Below, piece by piece: positions 24,345 through 38,745 of a DNA stretch of 64,000 bases. How positions within the stretch are numbered: position 1 is the first letter of the stretch; every line of letters begins with the position of its first letter. Under the pieces are notes generated by a model, which saw nothing but the letters and a program-made list of their open reading frames with translations, ran no database searches and had not been told where the DNA came from. This DNA is from Squalus acanthias (taxonomy: Eukaryota), in contig CM059432.1 in assembly GCA_030390025.1 (NCBI GenBank), forward strand, positions 128,218,001 through 128,282,000, given 5' to 3'. The position numbers and the translations under genes are program-made.

Positions 24345-25945
24345 GACACAAACATACGAAAAATGACAGACAGGAAAATACCGACTGGTCCATCCAACCT
24401 GTCCCATACAGTCGTGATGCCTTATGCATTACAATACATACACTCCCCACCCAGAGGCATGTATTACATTACATAGGATATACGGCACAGAAATAGGCCA
24501 TTCGGCTCAACCAGTCCATGCCGACGTTTATGCTCCACTCGAGCCTCCTCCCGTCTTTCCTCATCTAAATCTATCAGCATAACCCTCTATTCCCTTCTCC
24601 CTCATATGTTTGCCCAGCCTCCCCTTAAATGCATCTATACTATTCGCTTCAACCGCTCCCTGTGGTAGCGAGTTCCACATTCTCACCACTCTTTGGGTAA
24701 AGAAACTTCTTCTGAATTCCCTATTAGATTTCTTGGTGACTATCTTATATTGATGGCCTCTAGTTATGCTCTTCCCCATAAGTGGGAACATTATCTCTGT
24801 ATTCACTCTATCAAAACCTTTCATAATTTTAAAGACCTGTATTAGGTCACCCCTCAGCCTTTTTTGTTCAAGAGAAAAGAGACCCAGCCTGTTCATCCTT
24901 TCCTGATATGTATATCCTCGCATTTCTGGTATCATCCTTGTAAATCTTCTCTGCACCCTCTCCAGTGCCTCTATAACCTTTTTATAATATGGCGACCAGA
25001 ACTGTACGCACTAAACATTTAAAACCTAACCCAATTAGGGCAAAAAAAATTCTGGAAAATTCTTCTCCGACCCCCTTAGGCAATCAAGACCACTCTGGCC
25101 CTAATTTATGTTACAAGGCAATGTCCGCCCCAGCCAGAAACAGGTCCAACTCCCACTTGAAGGAATTCAGCAATCAGCTTTTACTGAACGAGCCAGCAGC
25201 CTGCTCCACAGGTCCACTCTTCTCTGGGAAAAGAATCATGTCCTAACATCTAACCTAGTTCTGCCTTTACATAAATTGTAAGAGTAACCCTTGGTCCTCC
25301 CTAACCTATTCAATTGAAACGGTTGGTCTACACAAACACAATCTAGTCCCTTCATTATCTTATAAACCTTGATCAAATCATTCCCCAAGTCTACGTTTCT
25401 CTGAAATATGGAGAGCCAGCTCTTTGAGCCTATCTAGGTAAGTAAGATGCTTTAAACTGGGTATTAATCTTGTGGCCCTCCTCTCCACCCTTTCCAAAGC
25501 CTCAATATCACCCACCATGCGAGGAGACCAAAACTAGACACTATTCTAACTGAGGCCTAACTAAGGTCTTGTACAAGGACAAAATGGTATGTTTTTTTTA
25601 AATAGTGAATTGTCCTGTAAATACACCCTAGCACCCTATTCGCTTTAGCTATAGCTTCACGGCATTGGTCATGAACCTTTTCAGATTGATGCACTAAAAT
25701 GCCGAGATCGCTTTTTTTCACCACTGGCTTTAATTATTTTCCATGAAGGGTATATGTACGTTCAGCATTTGACCTGCCCACATGCATAACACTGCACTTT
25801 TCTAAGTTAAATGTAATTTGCTAATCATGGGCCTAGTCCCCTAGCACATCTAGATCTGGTTGTAGCAGTTGAGCATCATCTATAGTCCTGACTCTCGCAT
25901 ATGTCTTGCTATCATCCGCAAACTTGCAGGTCATTCCCCCAACAC
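24345..25945 (-). mobile_element. Old CR1-type LINE 3' part interrupted by a younger CR1 3' end (~24462-25010)
   Basis: Inner ORF 24561-24956 has QRRFTRMIP, RLRGDLI and FFTQRVV, and a tail matching 56900-56995. The outer pieces have a different tail (24350-24460) and RT remnants (CKFADD near 25915-25930). Confidence 0.8.
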
Positions 25946-26577
25946 CTATATGAAATAAAAATTAGTTGGCTAATCGCCCCAGGCTGCAAATGCACACCTA
26001 AAGTTGTTGAGAGAATTGGTAGCAGATCTCCAACTGTTTTTAGTTGAGAGAGATGTATAGCACAAGACCAAGGAGGGGGGAGCGGAAAGGGAATAAAATA
26101 TGGTGCATTAGAGCACAAGGACACAAATGAAACACAAGGACACTATTATGCACCTCTTAATGGCTGGTCTATGGAGCCATTGGTGGAGGGCTGGGAGTAA
26201 GTCAACCATAGTTGGTGGGTGACCTGGGAAGAAAAATGGAATTTACCATCAAACAAAACAACTTTCTTTTAATTAAAAAAAAAAGTCAGCTAAAATAACA
26301 ATTTATATTTGAATTAGTTTCACTACTTGTAAGTTGCTGCAGCAATTTGTCTGTTGTGCTTGGATTCAAAATGACTAATAGCTATTGCTTGCTGGAAGAG
26401 AGTTTGCACCTAATGGTGAAAACTTAACATTGCATGCCAGAAGTATATTTTAGTTAGATGTAACACAAGTGTGTAGTGAGGATTAAATAAAAATGTATTT
26501 TTTGTGTGAGACTTGAATGCAAGAGTAAATATCTGCTGGTTAGATATTAAATCTTTGCATCTTCCTAATTTTGACAG

Positions 26578-26652
26578 ATTGGCTACATTGAGGGGCAGCC
26601 TGACAGAAGTGGCGTCTTTCCAGTGTCCTTTGTGCACATTTTATCTGATTGA
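26578..26652 (+). CDS. ASAP1: ASAP1 terminal coding exon (IGYIEGQPDRSGVFPVSFVHILSD*)
   Basis: gacag|ATT...GAT TGA; completes the SH3 domain (GxFPxxFV). The C-terminus FVHILSD is as in ASAP1. Confidence 0.97.
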   Translation: MGYIEGQPDRSGVFPVSFVHILSD

Positions 26653-29340
26653 CAACCTATGAACTCCAGCGTCTCACGTTCACAGCTGTGGATGCTTGAA
26701 TTTGATGTTGTAAAGCGGCTGCAGCTTCCTTATTCCTGTGCATATTTTGTACATAGATGATCAAAAAATCATTTAAGGTCCACCTCATGAGGTGACTGTA
26801 TTGTAAATACTGTGTTACTTGCCTTTGCCAGTATTATAATAGCCTTGGAACCTGGCACGCCTTATTTGGTGTACTGCAGCCATCCATGGCATCTAGCACT
26901 TACTAATCTTACCTATGCTGTTGATGGGATATATCTCCTGCCTGCTTGTCAGATTATAGGCAGCCTCATTTAGTAATTTAACTATATAAGCTTGACTTTT
27001 ATTCTTGACATCATCTCAGTATTCTGAATAAAGTAAAAATAGTGGTTTTGCTGAGGATAGGTTCAGGTTTCAGTTTGCACTGATCCTCTTTGTCCTTCTG
27101 CTTTTAACATGGATGCTGTGCATACTGTTCTTAATGTACTCATGGGATTATATGTGGTTTTAATTGCAAGTGGTCAGACAAAGTTACTTGAGAGTGAATG
27201 ACTGGGGAACTTGTTAAAGTTTCTTTTACCTCATTCTGAGGAGACAAATGTTAAGAATTCCACACAAGGATATATTGCCTGTCACAGCAGATAAACAGTT
27301 TAACAAACTAAGTTGTTTCAAGAAAGCCTTTTGGAGGACCCGTTGAGAATAAATGAAAATTAGAGATAGGTTTGCAGTTTTTCCAAGTCTGGTGTTAGGA
27401 TTTTAGAGCAGTGCTTGGATTACCCTTTTAAGGGTTAGGTTGTTGGGGATGAAAAATTTCCACCTCCTCAACATCCATTCACTTTTTAAATGTTATTAAC
27501 CTAATTAATAGGTTAAGTTCTGTCTTGATCATCAATGCAATTGTGTTAGATTAATTTGTAACAGTAAGATTTGGAAGTCTCTGAAGAACCTGTATGATTT
27601 TAGATATAGCTGATCGAGTTACAGGACACTAGCAGAAACTAGTCCAGTCTTAGCTGTGACAGGGAATGTCACTGCCTCCTGCCCCAGAGATGGATGTCCT
27701 GGAGTTAACTCTTTGCTGTGGTAACAACACCTGGGAGGGGGCCTCAGAAATTGATGTTTAGTCACATGATACTTCTTCAAGCAGTATACAGCGCAGGCAG
27801 CATGATAAAGTGTGCAGTTATCAATTTTAAATATATGTATTACATATGATGTTTACATACTTTATTTAGAATAGTACATCATTGATGCACATAAAACTTT
27901 GTAAGCTGAAGATACCGTTCTAAAATCTGTTAATTTAATTCTCCCTCCTTTCTCCTGTTATCTGAAGTACGTTACCCTTGGACACTCACTGCAAGCAAGA
28001 TGTTGAAAGTTGCTGTTCGTGATACAGTATACATTCACATGAAACAGACTTTGTCTTTGAATGTATTAAGTTAATCATTGTATGGATAATTGACCATTTC
28101 GGGGGTTGGGGGGGGGCAAGAGAGAGACTTTACATGTTTTTAAACTAAATACCTACGTATTCAACCTGGTTACTTGTGCTCTGTGTCATAGAATAAATTG
28201 CATTATTTGCACAAATCTTGAACTGCTTGGGGAACAAAGTGACATAGTGGATTGGTTGCTTAAGGCTTTAATGACTATACACTTTCATATTCATTATTGA
28301 TATTCAGTTACTCCAATTTATTTTAGGGACCAAAAAATAAAATACAATTCTGAAAGGAGGTCTGCTTACATTTCATACCTTTCCAAGAAAAAGGTAGGTC
28401 TTGGTATGATTCTTAAAATATTCAGTTAATGTGGGGTTAAGCTTAACTCTAATGATAACTGATTACATTATTCTTTAAAAGGATGTAATTTAATTCTTAA
28501 TAAAGGTACATATTTCTGTAAGTAGATTTAGATGAAAAGGAATAAAAACTTAAATTGAATATCATGTATTACCTGTATGAGACAAGACTTCTAGCCTGGT
28601 GCTGCAGTGGTCTTATATTATGCTAAACTGTTGCCAGTACACTTCCTATATTCATTCCTCACAAATGTTCATGTCCACAGAATGTGGCTGGGTCCCAAAT
28701 TTTTCCCCAGCAATTTGAAATTTTTAGTTGTTTAATTGTGTCTTGTTTTTGTCCCAAATAGAGATGTGGACAAGTTATTGATGATTTTGTGATTCATTCA
28801 TTACACGCAACTGCCACAGTTACTGCATCAAATTGGCAGAGTTTGGTTTGCCAGAGCTTTTTATACAAACCATTGTGTGTCATTATGCACAGCTGAAGAT
28901 TAATACTTGGTTAAGCATATTCAGAACTTTGAATTGACTGTGCATTGTGCTTAAAGCCACAATTTTATGCTGTTACTTATTTCAGATGAATTTACTTCAT
29001 TTTAAAATAATTGTTATAAATGCATACCTTCTAATCACATACAGAATGATAAGCAACTATTGTGGATTTTAGCACTTTGCTCTGGTTCTTTCAATAATGT
29101 ATCCCTTTTATCCTGGATTAGGCTTCCCTTAAAAATGTATGTATTAAGTAAATCAGGCGGTACGGTCAACCTACTGGATGTAAAGGTGTGCGATATGACC
29201 GCAGCTTACCATATCATGTATTTGCAGTCTGTTTTTTTTAATTATGTACAAGAATTGCTATGGGAAGATATTTTAAAAAGCAAAATTGTTTGTGTTCCGA
29301 TATTGTTATATTGCAACATAAAATCCTGTGACATGTTCTA
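26653..29340 (+). other. ASAP1: Probable ASAP1 3' UTR (end uncertain)
   Basis: AT-rich, no recognisable transposons. Several AATAAA hexamers (e.g. ~27028, ~28191, 28541) and a CATAAA variant at 29317; which one is used cannot be determined. Confidence 0.5.
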
Positions 29341-32300
29341 AACTGAATGTAGTTATTTTCTCTCATTCCTTCCTCCATCAAAACTAGCAAGAAGTTAATA
29401 TGAATACTGCTACTTCTTGTGTGTTTTCCATAGCCAGTGCCATTTATAGCAATCGGTCACAAAGTATTGTCTACCATTCCAAGGCAGGTAGCTCACAAAT
29501 TTGGTTAATTGCTAGATAATATAGCAGTTGAAGTCAAATGTCACTGTTCGCATGATTGTTTAAACAGAAGCATCATAAAACTAGTCAACCACATTAATTG
29601 CATGGTCAGTTTTCAGGTAAGAGGGAAGTAGTGTGGGTTTAATCAGTGGCTCTGCTTAAAACATACAACATATGTTTGAATGGCATTGTAGCTGCAATTT
29701 AAGTTTACATGCTTCAAATTGCAGTTCATTAGTAGCTGGAACTACTACATAGTCAAAATGTATGCTTCAGTGTATGCTGATATTGGACTTTTTCCAATTA
29801 CAGTAAACTTGTTATACAAAAATAACTAGGAATGAACTGTTTAATTCCAAACTGTTGTGAAAATTGTAATATCACTGTTGATTTTTATCAACTTCCTGGT
29901 ATTAGAAAAAGGGGTACAAACAACAAGAGGAATAAAGAGATCACCATAATTCCATATTGTCCTCTTGTTTTACCTTGTGATAAACAATGATTGAGAGTTG
30001 AGGTCAGCATTAAAAACTAAAGCACAAAACTAATTCAACTTTGACCCGCACATTGAGAACAATTGGACAACCTAGATTTAATTTTAAAAGCTACCAAGCA
30101 CTGGTCTTGATAGTGAATTTGCATCTTACGTTTATTAAATATTGTTAAATACTTGACATCAAAAATGTTGTTAGTTCAAATACTTTGATGCTATGCAGAA
30201 ATGTTCCTTTCTTCAGCTGAAAGCTTGACTATACTTTGATCATAGTTGTAGCTAGGTAGCTTTGGAAAAATATTCAATTACCCACTGGATTACTTAGACT
30301 CAAATTAAAATTTGAGAATCACAATACATTTAAGGGTTGATTTTATGAATCTGAGCTCTCAGCAATCCTACTTGATTACATAACAGGAAATCACAGGTGC
30401 ACTCCCCACAATTTTCTATTCATTCATTTTAATGGGCAAAAAATCATAGCAAGTATGCCCGTAATTTCCTAACATGCGATTCTGGTGGGCGAGAGTCTCA
30501 GTCGAGAGCACGGATCATAAAATCAGCCCTTCTGTGTAATAATTATGAGTAATGAACTTTAAGTGGTGTTTATCTTATATCAATACTGGCTTAACAAGTG
30601 TCTTTGTAAATGCATACCTTATTGATTATTGCTGAATTGCAGTTTCGTCAATTTTATGAGGTGGTATCTGAAATGTTCCCAAGCGCTCATTTAAATGCCC
30701 TCTCGTTTTCAATCAATAGAATACAGTTACAAACTATTCAGATAGTTTGGTTCCTGTTTATGTGCAACAAGCTATTAAAATGGGTAAAAACACCTTTGAT
30801 ATGGCAATTTAAGAAGGTAACTTAAGACAACCCAGTTTCTCTGTGAATTTCAATAAAGCTGGTAATTTTGTATTTCAAGCTGGATCTATCTGGATGTATA
30901 CAAACTAAGCTCTTAAAATGACATTCAAAATCTTGATTCACTGGATTTGCCTCAAATAAATACTTTGGACACGCAAGTGAACACTACCATTCATTTTCTG
31001 CATGTGTGTCAAGGGATCTTGAACATCCACTTCAACATCTCAAAAGGACAGTACCTCCTCAGTTCTGTACTGGATTGTCAGCCTAGATGGAGTTGGTATG
31101 TGCTCATATCCACAATCTTTTGACTGAAGGTGAGAATGCTACTACCAGAGCTTAGCTGGTCTGAGAACCAGTTCATTCTAGAAGTGAGGATGATAACAAT
31201 TGCGTGTGAAAGCTTTTCATTGTATTTTTTAGGTGGAGGTGCACTTCACTTATCCAAAAAGAAATTCTGCAATTCTTAATTTAATTCAAGCTAAGTTTAG
31301 GAATGCTTTTCCTTTGGCCAGTCGCACATACTTTATCAAACTACTTTTTCACTTCATGGAAATTTTCCCAAAACTTTTTTGGAATGTTTCAAAGGGGTGA
31401 GTACTTCCTTCTGGCACAAAGCTGGATTGGACCTTAGAACTTCCTTTTCCAATATATAGTCATCCAGTTCCTAGACCTAGTACCAATGCCCACAATAAAC
31501 ATGTATTACCACTTCAATCTAACCCTTCCACTGATGGCAGATCTCTTTTAGACATTTGCCCAGCCTGCCTCCAAGTCTTGCAGATACAGGAGTTAATTGC
31601 TATAGCTACTCTTGATTTTAAAGACCTTCCATACTGTTTGTGGTCATTTTATGTAATGTTTCACAAGTTGATGCATTATTACAAATGGATTCAAACAGAT
31701 TCTGAACTTAATTTAGTCACCTTGCTAATTAATAATCCATTTGTTTCAATGTGCCTGGAGCATTTTAGCACCCGATCCCAGACAAATTGGTATGGAGTGA
31801 TGATAGTGGTCAGGTACATAAACGAGAAATATGGTAAAGCAGTCTCAGAAGCCCTAGAGATGGGACACAGGTGTGGGAGACCTGATGTACTGTTGACAAT
31901 TCTGCAGCAAGTAGGCATGAAGAATTCCATAATGGTATCCCTCACAATAACAATCCTAATCAAGAGTAGACATGGGTAGAGAAAAAAGGGTAAGGGTAAA
32001 CATCATAGTGACTATAAAAACCTGGCTCCTCCTACATTTTTACTGCCACTTTCCCTTCCTTACAATGCTCGCTATCCCAGAAAATTAGTTCAGCATCAAA
32101 CTCCAGCCAATCTAAAGTTGGCAACCAGATTACAGAAGGGATAAATTGGCTTTCCCTGGCATTGCAGCCTACTGCTTTTTGATGCTTGTGCTCCTGCGGG
32201 GGGAGCCTTACTCACTAGAAATTTAACATGTGCATCGTGAGATTTTTCTGGCCGTTAAAAATGGCTGGAAAATCATGCTGCATAAGCCTAAATTTCCAAT

Positions 32301-32421
32301 ATGTGCTTCTGGTTTATGATGCTCTTCGCCAGTCGCACAAAGTTGTAACCGAATTAGGATTATGGCACTTAGTGTATTGTATAATATAGGAAAATTATCT
32401 TAATACAGAAGTCAGCATTAT

Positions 32422-33047
32422 TGGCCAAGAATTTGCTGGAGCAGGGCGTCTCGCAGTTGCCCGGTTTGTTGGATTTTCTTTTTGCTCACCCATCTACTTG
32501 AATATTTTATGCGGTGCAAATTGCTGGAAATGTGGGTTGATAATGGCATGGCAAGGTCAACAGGGCATCTGGCACATGGGGATTGACGGAACCAGCAGTG
32601 TATCTCCTTAGCCAATGAGATTTAATAGAGAACGAACCGAAGGAAAGGGGATGGAATTGGAGTCAAATTAGGTACAGAAAGAGAGGGAAAGACAAGAAAA
32701 GTAGGAGGTTTTTAAAATTTTGAAAAAAGTTCTAAGTACAATTTTCTACCTGCAGGATTGAGACTCCACAGTTTCATTTGTTCCCTTTCTGAGCTGAAGA
32801 GGTTGCATGGCATTGCAGGAACGTAAATCTAGTCATTAAAGGGGTCCTTGCGTCATCAACTATCAGCCCTAACTTTCTGCGGCAAGTTTAGTTCCTTTCT
32901 ACAGCGCAAATGCAACAATTCCTTGAAACAGATGGGGAGGTTGATGATAAGCTGCCATTTTCATGAGGTTAACAGTGGAGCAGCACAAATTATCCAGCAA
33001 CAGCATATGCACTAAACTCAGTTATTTTCCCAGAAAATTCTGGACCA
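32422..33047. mobile_element. MITE-like element related to family A
   Basis: TIRs TGGCCAAGAATTTGCTGG / CCAGAAAATTCTGGACCA; internal similarity to 1323-2257 (AGCCCTAACTTT, AGCCAAT.AGATT). Confidence 0.6.
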
Positions 33048-35279
33048 ATATCTTTATAGTGTGTCTGATGGAGGCTAACACATTGTTTAGATTAGGTTGT
33101 TAGGATTCCACAGGGGAATATTAGGGAAGCAGGAGGTGTCATGTTAAGGCAATTTAAGAATTATAGCTAGTTTGGGGAAAACATGCCTAGGTTTTAGCTG
33201 TTCTTATACTGGTATGGTGTGATGTTTATAACTATGCAAAATTGTGTTATCTTCTACCTAAATGATATCCCCATTCCAGTGAGTGCTAACATTATATGCT
33301 ACTATACCAAAGATCACATGACAATCTTAGAATTGATAAGTAAGTCATCTGATGTTGTCCATTCAGGTGTATAAATAGGCTCACTTTCAGTAATACTTAT
33401 TCCATGCTTGAGAATTGCGCTAGGATTGGTTAGTAGTTTGCAGACCAAATGGCTACTCTACTAGTAAGTATGGACATAACTTGCTTGTACTTTCTATATT
33501 AATAAAAGCAACAAGCTGATTTATTTCTGGCATCCAAACCTATATAATTGGATTAATCTACTCAGTTGATCTAACATGATCAGTAGCAAAGCCCACAATG
33601 CAAATTCAAGAAATTATTCCACACTGCTAATGGGGAAATCAGTGTGCTATGGGAGCATTTGCTCTGTAGCATTGTAGCCTTATCTCCCACACTCACTCAA
33701 TGAGTACTGCTCCCCAAGAGATCATGGAATCTGCCCCTTTGTACCCACATCTCTATCTGATTTGAGGGTAGTTGAACGAATTCTCTCATCTTTTGACTTT
33801 CCATCTCCCTGTGAAGAGTTTTCTTAAATCAGCACCCACCTTCCCCATCCATCAATTTTAAGCACTCTAGAATATCCAGTTATTTTGAACTTGATTAAAT
33901 ATAACCTCCCTTTGAATTTCATGGGTGCGGTTGAGCTAAATGTTCCTCAGCTAGAAAACCAGGTTATAGTACTGAAACAGTGTCCCAGGATTAAAGTAGC
34001 TTAATTTATTGGCATAAAGAGAGAACTAACACACCCAACTTTTGATGGATTGACTGGAAATTTCAGTTCTATTTTACCCTTAATCTAAAAATATGAGCCA
34101 TGTTGGTCATCAAATTTAGTCCATGTGCTTTGGTTCCATTCAAAAGTCCTGTCAATGTTTCCATTAGGAAAACCTAATTAAATGCTGAGTTGTAAACTCA
34201 CACCTGGCCTGTCATGTATACAGTGCTACAGACTGCTTATATCTTTGTCATAAGTTCAACAGCTTTGAAATGCAATATCCAAAATGTGGTTTTAAACAAA
34301 TTCAAATTTTATAACTAACTTTATGTAATGCCTTCATTAAAGTTTTTATGTGAAGGCCTCAGTCTCATCTAAAGGCCTGGATTTGCAACTTTTGCGCAGA
34401 ACTGTCATTTTGCTAGCTAAACGCAGATTATGCAGTGTACCTAATTTCCAAGGATGCATCGGTAACCTGGGCACTTAATTTGAGAAAGTTTTATTTAATT
34501 ATTTTAAGAACAAAGTTGAATCTTAAGTAAAATAAAAGGACAGATTTTGAAAGCTTATGGAGTGGGGTTGGGGGGGGGGGGGGGGGGTTTAAATATAAAA
34601 GCTGTATGTTACCAGACAGAAAAAGTGATTGTTTGCTCATAACACACCCACTGTATTTTTTGTTTTATGTACTTCAGAATGTGCATTAAGCCGAGCATGA
34701 CAGTCTTTCCTTGTGGTAATTTTAGTTCATTTTCCAAACACATTAAATTTGGAAGACAACAGAATTCTGTAATGATCACCTGTTTTGTTTACTGTTAGAA
34801 CATAAACATTCAAATTCAACACCTGAGAGAGAGAGAAACCAAGAGCAATGCATATAGAGAGAAAGAGACCAAGTCTTATTCTAAAGAAAAGTTCCATTTT
34901 GAAAGCCAACAAAACTTATTTGAAGGAAGCAGTGAGGGACCGCTGGCCTCGTCACTCTTCAGGAGAACAGATGGAAGGTTAAGGTGTGGTTGAGTGGCAG
35001 AAAGTGAGGATGGAGGGGAGGATACAGGGATTAAGCAGGTAGTTCATATGGGAAAAGGTAGGAATAGTGATGGTGGAAGTTAAGGAGAAACCAATGGGAT
35101 AGAGGATATGAGGGGGAAGCATAAGTTGAGTAGTAAGGGGGGCCCTTGTGGGGCTCATTTTCCTCACACACCCTACTGAAAAATATAGTCTGCAGCTATT
35201 GGTGTGTCTCCTTTCCCCACCACTTCCCACATTAAAAGAGAGAAAAGCAGAGTTGGGGAGAGGAAAGATACAAAAACAG

Positions 35280-37330
35280 AAGAGGAGACACAAACCGCAA
35301 CAAAGAGCTAAGAGACCATATTCTGTACATGGAATTTACAACACAGAAATAGACCATTCAACCCAATTATGTTGCATGTCATATTTACCGACCCCGTTGC
35401 CATATCCCTTGAAACCCCTTTTCCTTCATCCGCTCTAATCAGCACAGCATCTGCTTCAACCACCAACTCAATTTTAAAGAAGTTTCTCATGCCTTCTCCT
35501 CTAAATCTTTATGGCCCCTTTTTCCTGACCCCTCATTCTTTCTACCCTTTCCCATCCTTTCATTTTTTTTTTTATTCGTTCATGGGATGTGGGCGACGCT
35601 GGCAAGGCCAGCATTTATTGCCCATCCCCAATTGCCCTTGAGAAGGTGGTGGTGAGCTGCCTTCTTGAACCGCTGCAGTCCGTGTGGTGAAGGTACTCCC
35701 AACAGTGCTGTTAAGGGGGGATTTAAACACATCACCCCATAATCTGCATTGTTGTATTGGAGGAAAAAAAGCTAACTTTTTCCAAGTCTTTTTGTATTTA
35801 TAGTTCCTCTTAATCAAAACCATCTCAATGAATCATTTGTACCCTCACTAAAGCTTCAATATCCTTCCTATAGTGTGGAGCCCAAAACTGCACACAGTAC
35901 TCTGAGGTCTTAAGGTTTTGTATAGGCTCATCATTACCTCTTGGCTTTTATATTCTATACTTTGTGATAAAACCTAGAATTCAATGTGATTTATTTTAAA
36001 TAAATTAGCCTTACCAACCTATGTTGTTGCCTTTAATGTCCTGTCGATCTGTATCCTTGCAAGACCTTTATAATAATCACTGGTTAGACCTCAGCTGGAG
36101 TATTGTGGACAATTCAGGGCACCACACCAGGATAGATGTAAAAGGCCTTAGGGTACAGAGAACATTTACCAGGAATGAGGGACTTCAGTTATGAGAAGAG
36201 GTTGGAAAAATTAAGACTGTTCTCCTTGGAACAGAGAAGGTTAAGAGGTTTTCAAGCTGATGAGAGGTTTTGATAGAGTATAAAGAAAAGAAAAATGATT
36301 TCCTCTGGCAAGTGGGTCAATAACCAGAGGTGATGGATTTTAAATCATTGGCAAAAGATCTAGCGGGGAGATGAGAATAGGTGGTGGATGCCGATTCCAT
36401 AAATAATTTTAAAAGGGAGTTGGACAGGTACTTGAGAATGAGGAACTTACAGGGTTACAGACAAAAAGCAGGGATGTGGGACTAAGCATGACTTCTCTTT
36501 CAAAGAGCCAGCGTGGGCACAACGAGCTGAATGGCCTCTTTCTATGATTCTATCCCCAAATCCCTCCGCTCTTCCACAGTACCAAGCCTACTTCTATTCA
36601 GAGTACAATTACTGTTTTTAAAAACCAAAAATGCATCACCTCCCACTTAGACATTTAATTCCATCCGCCACTTTTTAGCCCATTCCCACATATCAACATC
36701 CCTTAGCAGCTTCCTTTGGTCTTTTTTGAAGAACTAACTATGCCTCTTATTTCATAAATTTTCCCATTTAGGTTTATAGCCAGATCATTGATATACAGTG
36801 AACAGAAGTGGTCCTAGAATGGAACGCTGTGAGACACCACTACCCACTTCCAAGTACTCTGGGGGAAAAACTACCCTCAACTCCTACTCGTTTCTCCCTT
36901 CTAACAAATTTTCATCGTTTGTTATCCTTCATTTCCATACCCCTTAATCTTCTAGAAATCTTTCATGATGTACCTTGAGATTTTCCTAAAGTTTACGTAT
37001 GCTATTTCCACCATCCACATCTGTTACATCCTCAAAGAAGTCTGAGGTTTGTCGAGCACAATCAACCCTTTTGAACTTCTGCTGGCTACTTTTAACTATT
37101 TTCTCTTTATCTAGATACACTGCAATTTCACTCCTAAAAGACACAAATTTTTCATAGATGTTTAAGCCTGTAATTACCTGGATTAGCTCAGTCTCCCTTT
37201 TTAAAAATGGGTACTACATTAACTATTCTCTGGTCTTTCAACACAGCCACACAATAGAGCCCTGGAATATAATTTCTAGGGTCTCAGCCATTTTCTCCCT
37301 CAAAATCTTAGGCTATATTCCTCGTTTCCC
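35280..37330. mobile_element. Cluster of degraded LINE fragments: CR1 (-) with nested family-B 3' end (-, 35565-35720) and CR1 3' end (+, 36060-36552)
   Basis: 35565-35720 is the reverse complement of 45110-45246. 36080-36550 has the AGACCTCAGCTGGAGTATTGTG (RPQLEYC) and tail motifs. The flanking sequence resembles minus-strand CR1 RT. Confidence 0.7.
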
Positions 37331-38049
37331 TTTAGCGGATAACAAATTTTTACTTTTATCCATCATATTGCTGTATGCAACACCACAGGAAATCCACTTG
37401 TCTATGTACACAGAACTAAGCTTTTATGTTTGACTCATCAATTGAGAATGAAGCAATCAAATGCTTGCATGTCAACAGGTGTCAGTTATTTTCAGTAGAG
37501 CAGCTATGCAACCTTACCTTAAACACTTGCCTTTGTAGAATACCCCTAATAGGACTCTATTGAAGTCCACAATTATTTTAAATGAAAAACCAAACTGAAG
37601 GTCCAGGCAATAAGGACACGACCGAAAAGAGTAAGAGTGTAGGAGCAAAGAATAGTTAAGGGAGATAAACAGTAAGGTTTTGGGAAAGATTGTGGACTGT
37701 GCAATGAGTCTTGATTTCAACACCGTGAGCATGTAGCAAGGAGGAAGAGCATGGAAGCCAGTGTCTTTTAAAAGACTGAGGAAAGTTCATTACTAGCATA
37801 ACTGTATTAAGTTAGGAAGATAATGAGCAAATAGGGAAAGAATGTGGAATCTAAAAGGTGAGGAACTGCCAGAGACTAAATTTCCCTACAATCTGTTCTG
37901 AGGTATGAGTAAGGTATAAAGAATCTCCACTGTTACAGGAGCAGTATACACACCTTGGGTTTTATACAAATGTTAAGAGCTGTTGAAATAAATACAAGTA
38001 TTTGGCATGAAAGAAGAAACTGAACTGAGAGCATTAGCAATGGTGAAAA

Positions 38050-38232
38050 ATCAGAATAAAAACAAAATTCTGGAAGTATGCAACTCAATCAGCATCTGTA
38101 AAAAAAAAGACAAGTCTCAGGTGTGCTCATCAGAACTGTTTAAGGGTATACACCTGAAACATCAAACCCTACAATTTCTTTTTACAGATGCTGACTGACC
38201 TGTGTATTCAACATTTACTGTTTTTATTGCAG
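38050..38232. mobile_element. Degenerate palindromic short repeat (same family as 4259-4482)
   Basis: AATAAAAACAAAATTCTGGAAGT...CAGCATCTGTAAAAA pairs with TTTTTACAGATGCTG...TGTTTTTATT. Confidence 0.6.
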
Positions 38233-38745
38233 ATGAGAAAATGTAGGAGTTTGTTGAAATCAGAAGAGTGAAAAAGGAAACAAGATGGAGCAGAAAGAGT
38301 TGAGGCAAAGGTCACAAGGGGTAGCTATTACACTCAATGGTTTTGGCTTTTCAGTTCCTCCAATATTCTGTGTCCTATTGGATTGTAAAAGTATTGGAGG
38401 TTGTGTGCACTCAGACATTGAATGTAGAGTGGATTCATCTAAATAATTGGATACAGTTGACGAGTGAAGGAAGTCACTGATGTGAAAAAGGAACAGAGGG
38501 CAGAGCTGAGTTGAGCAGGAGAAAAGGGACATAGCTTTAAGAAGCCATATGATGGTAACCAGTTTTAGAAGTGCACAGGGATAGACCCTGTCCAAGGCAA
38601 TAACATAATTCAGCATTTAAAGGGCATATTTCCAGGGGCATGCAACATGGGTAACAAGGCCAGTAGAAAGACCATACTGAAAACTCTACCACCAATCATG
38701 GATTAGGTTTGAACTTTGAGAGTTAACAGCTTTCATAATGTTAGA

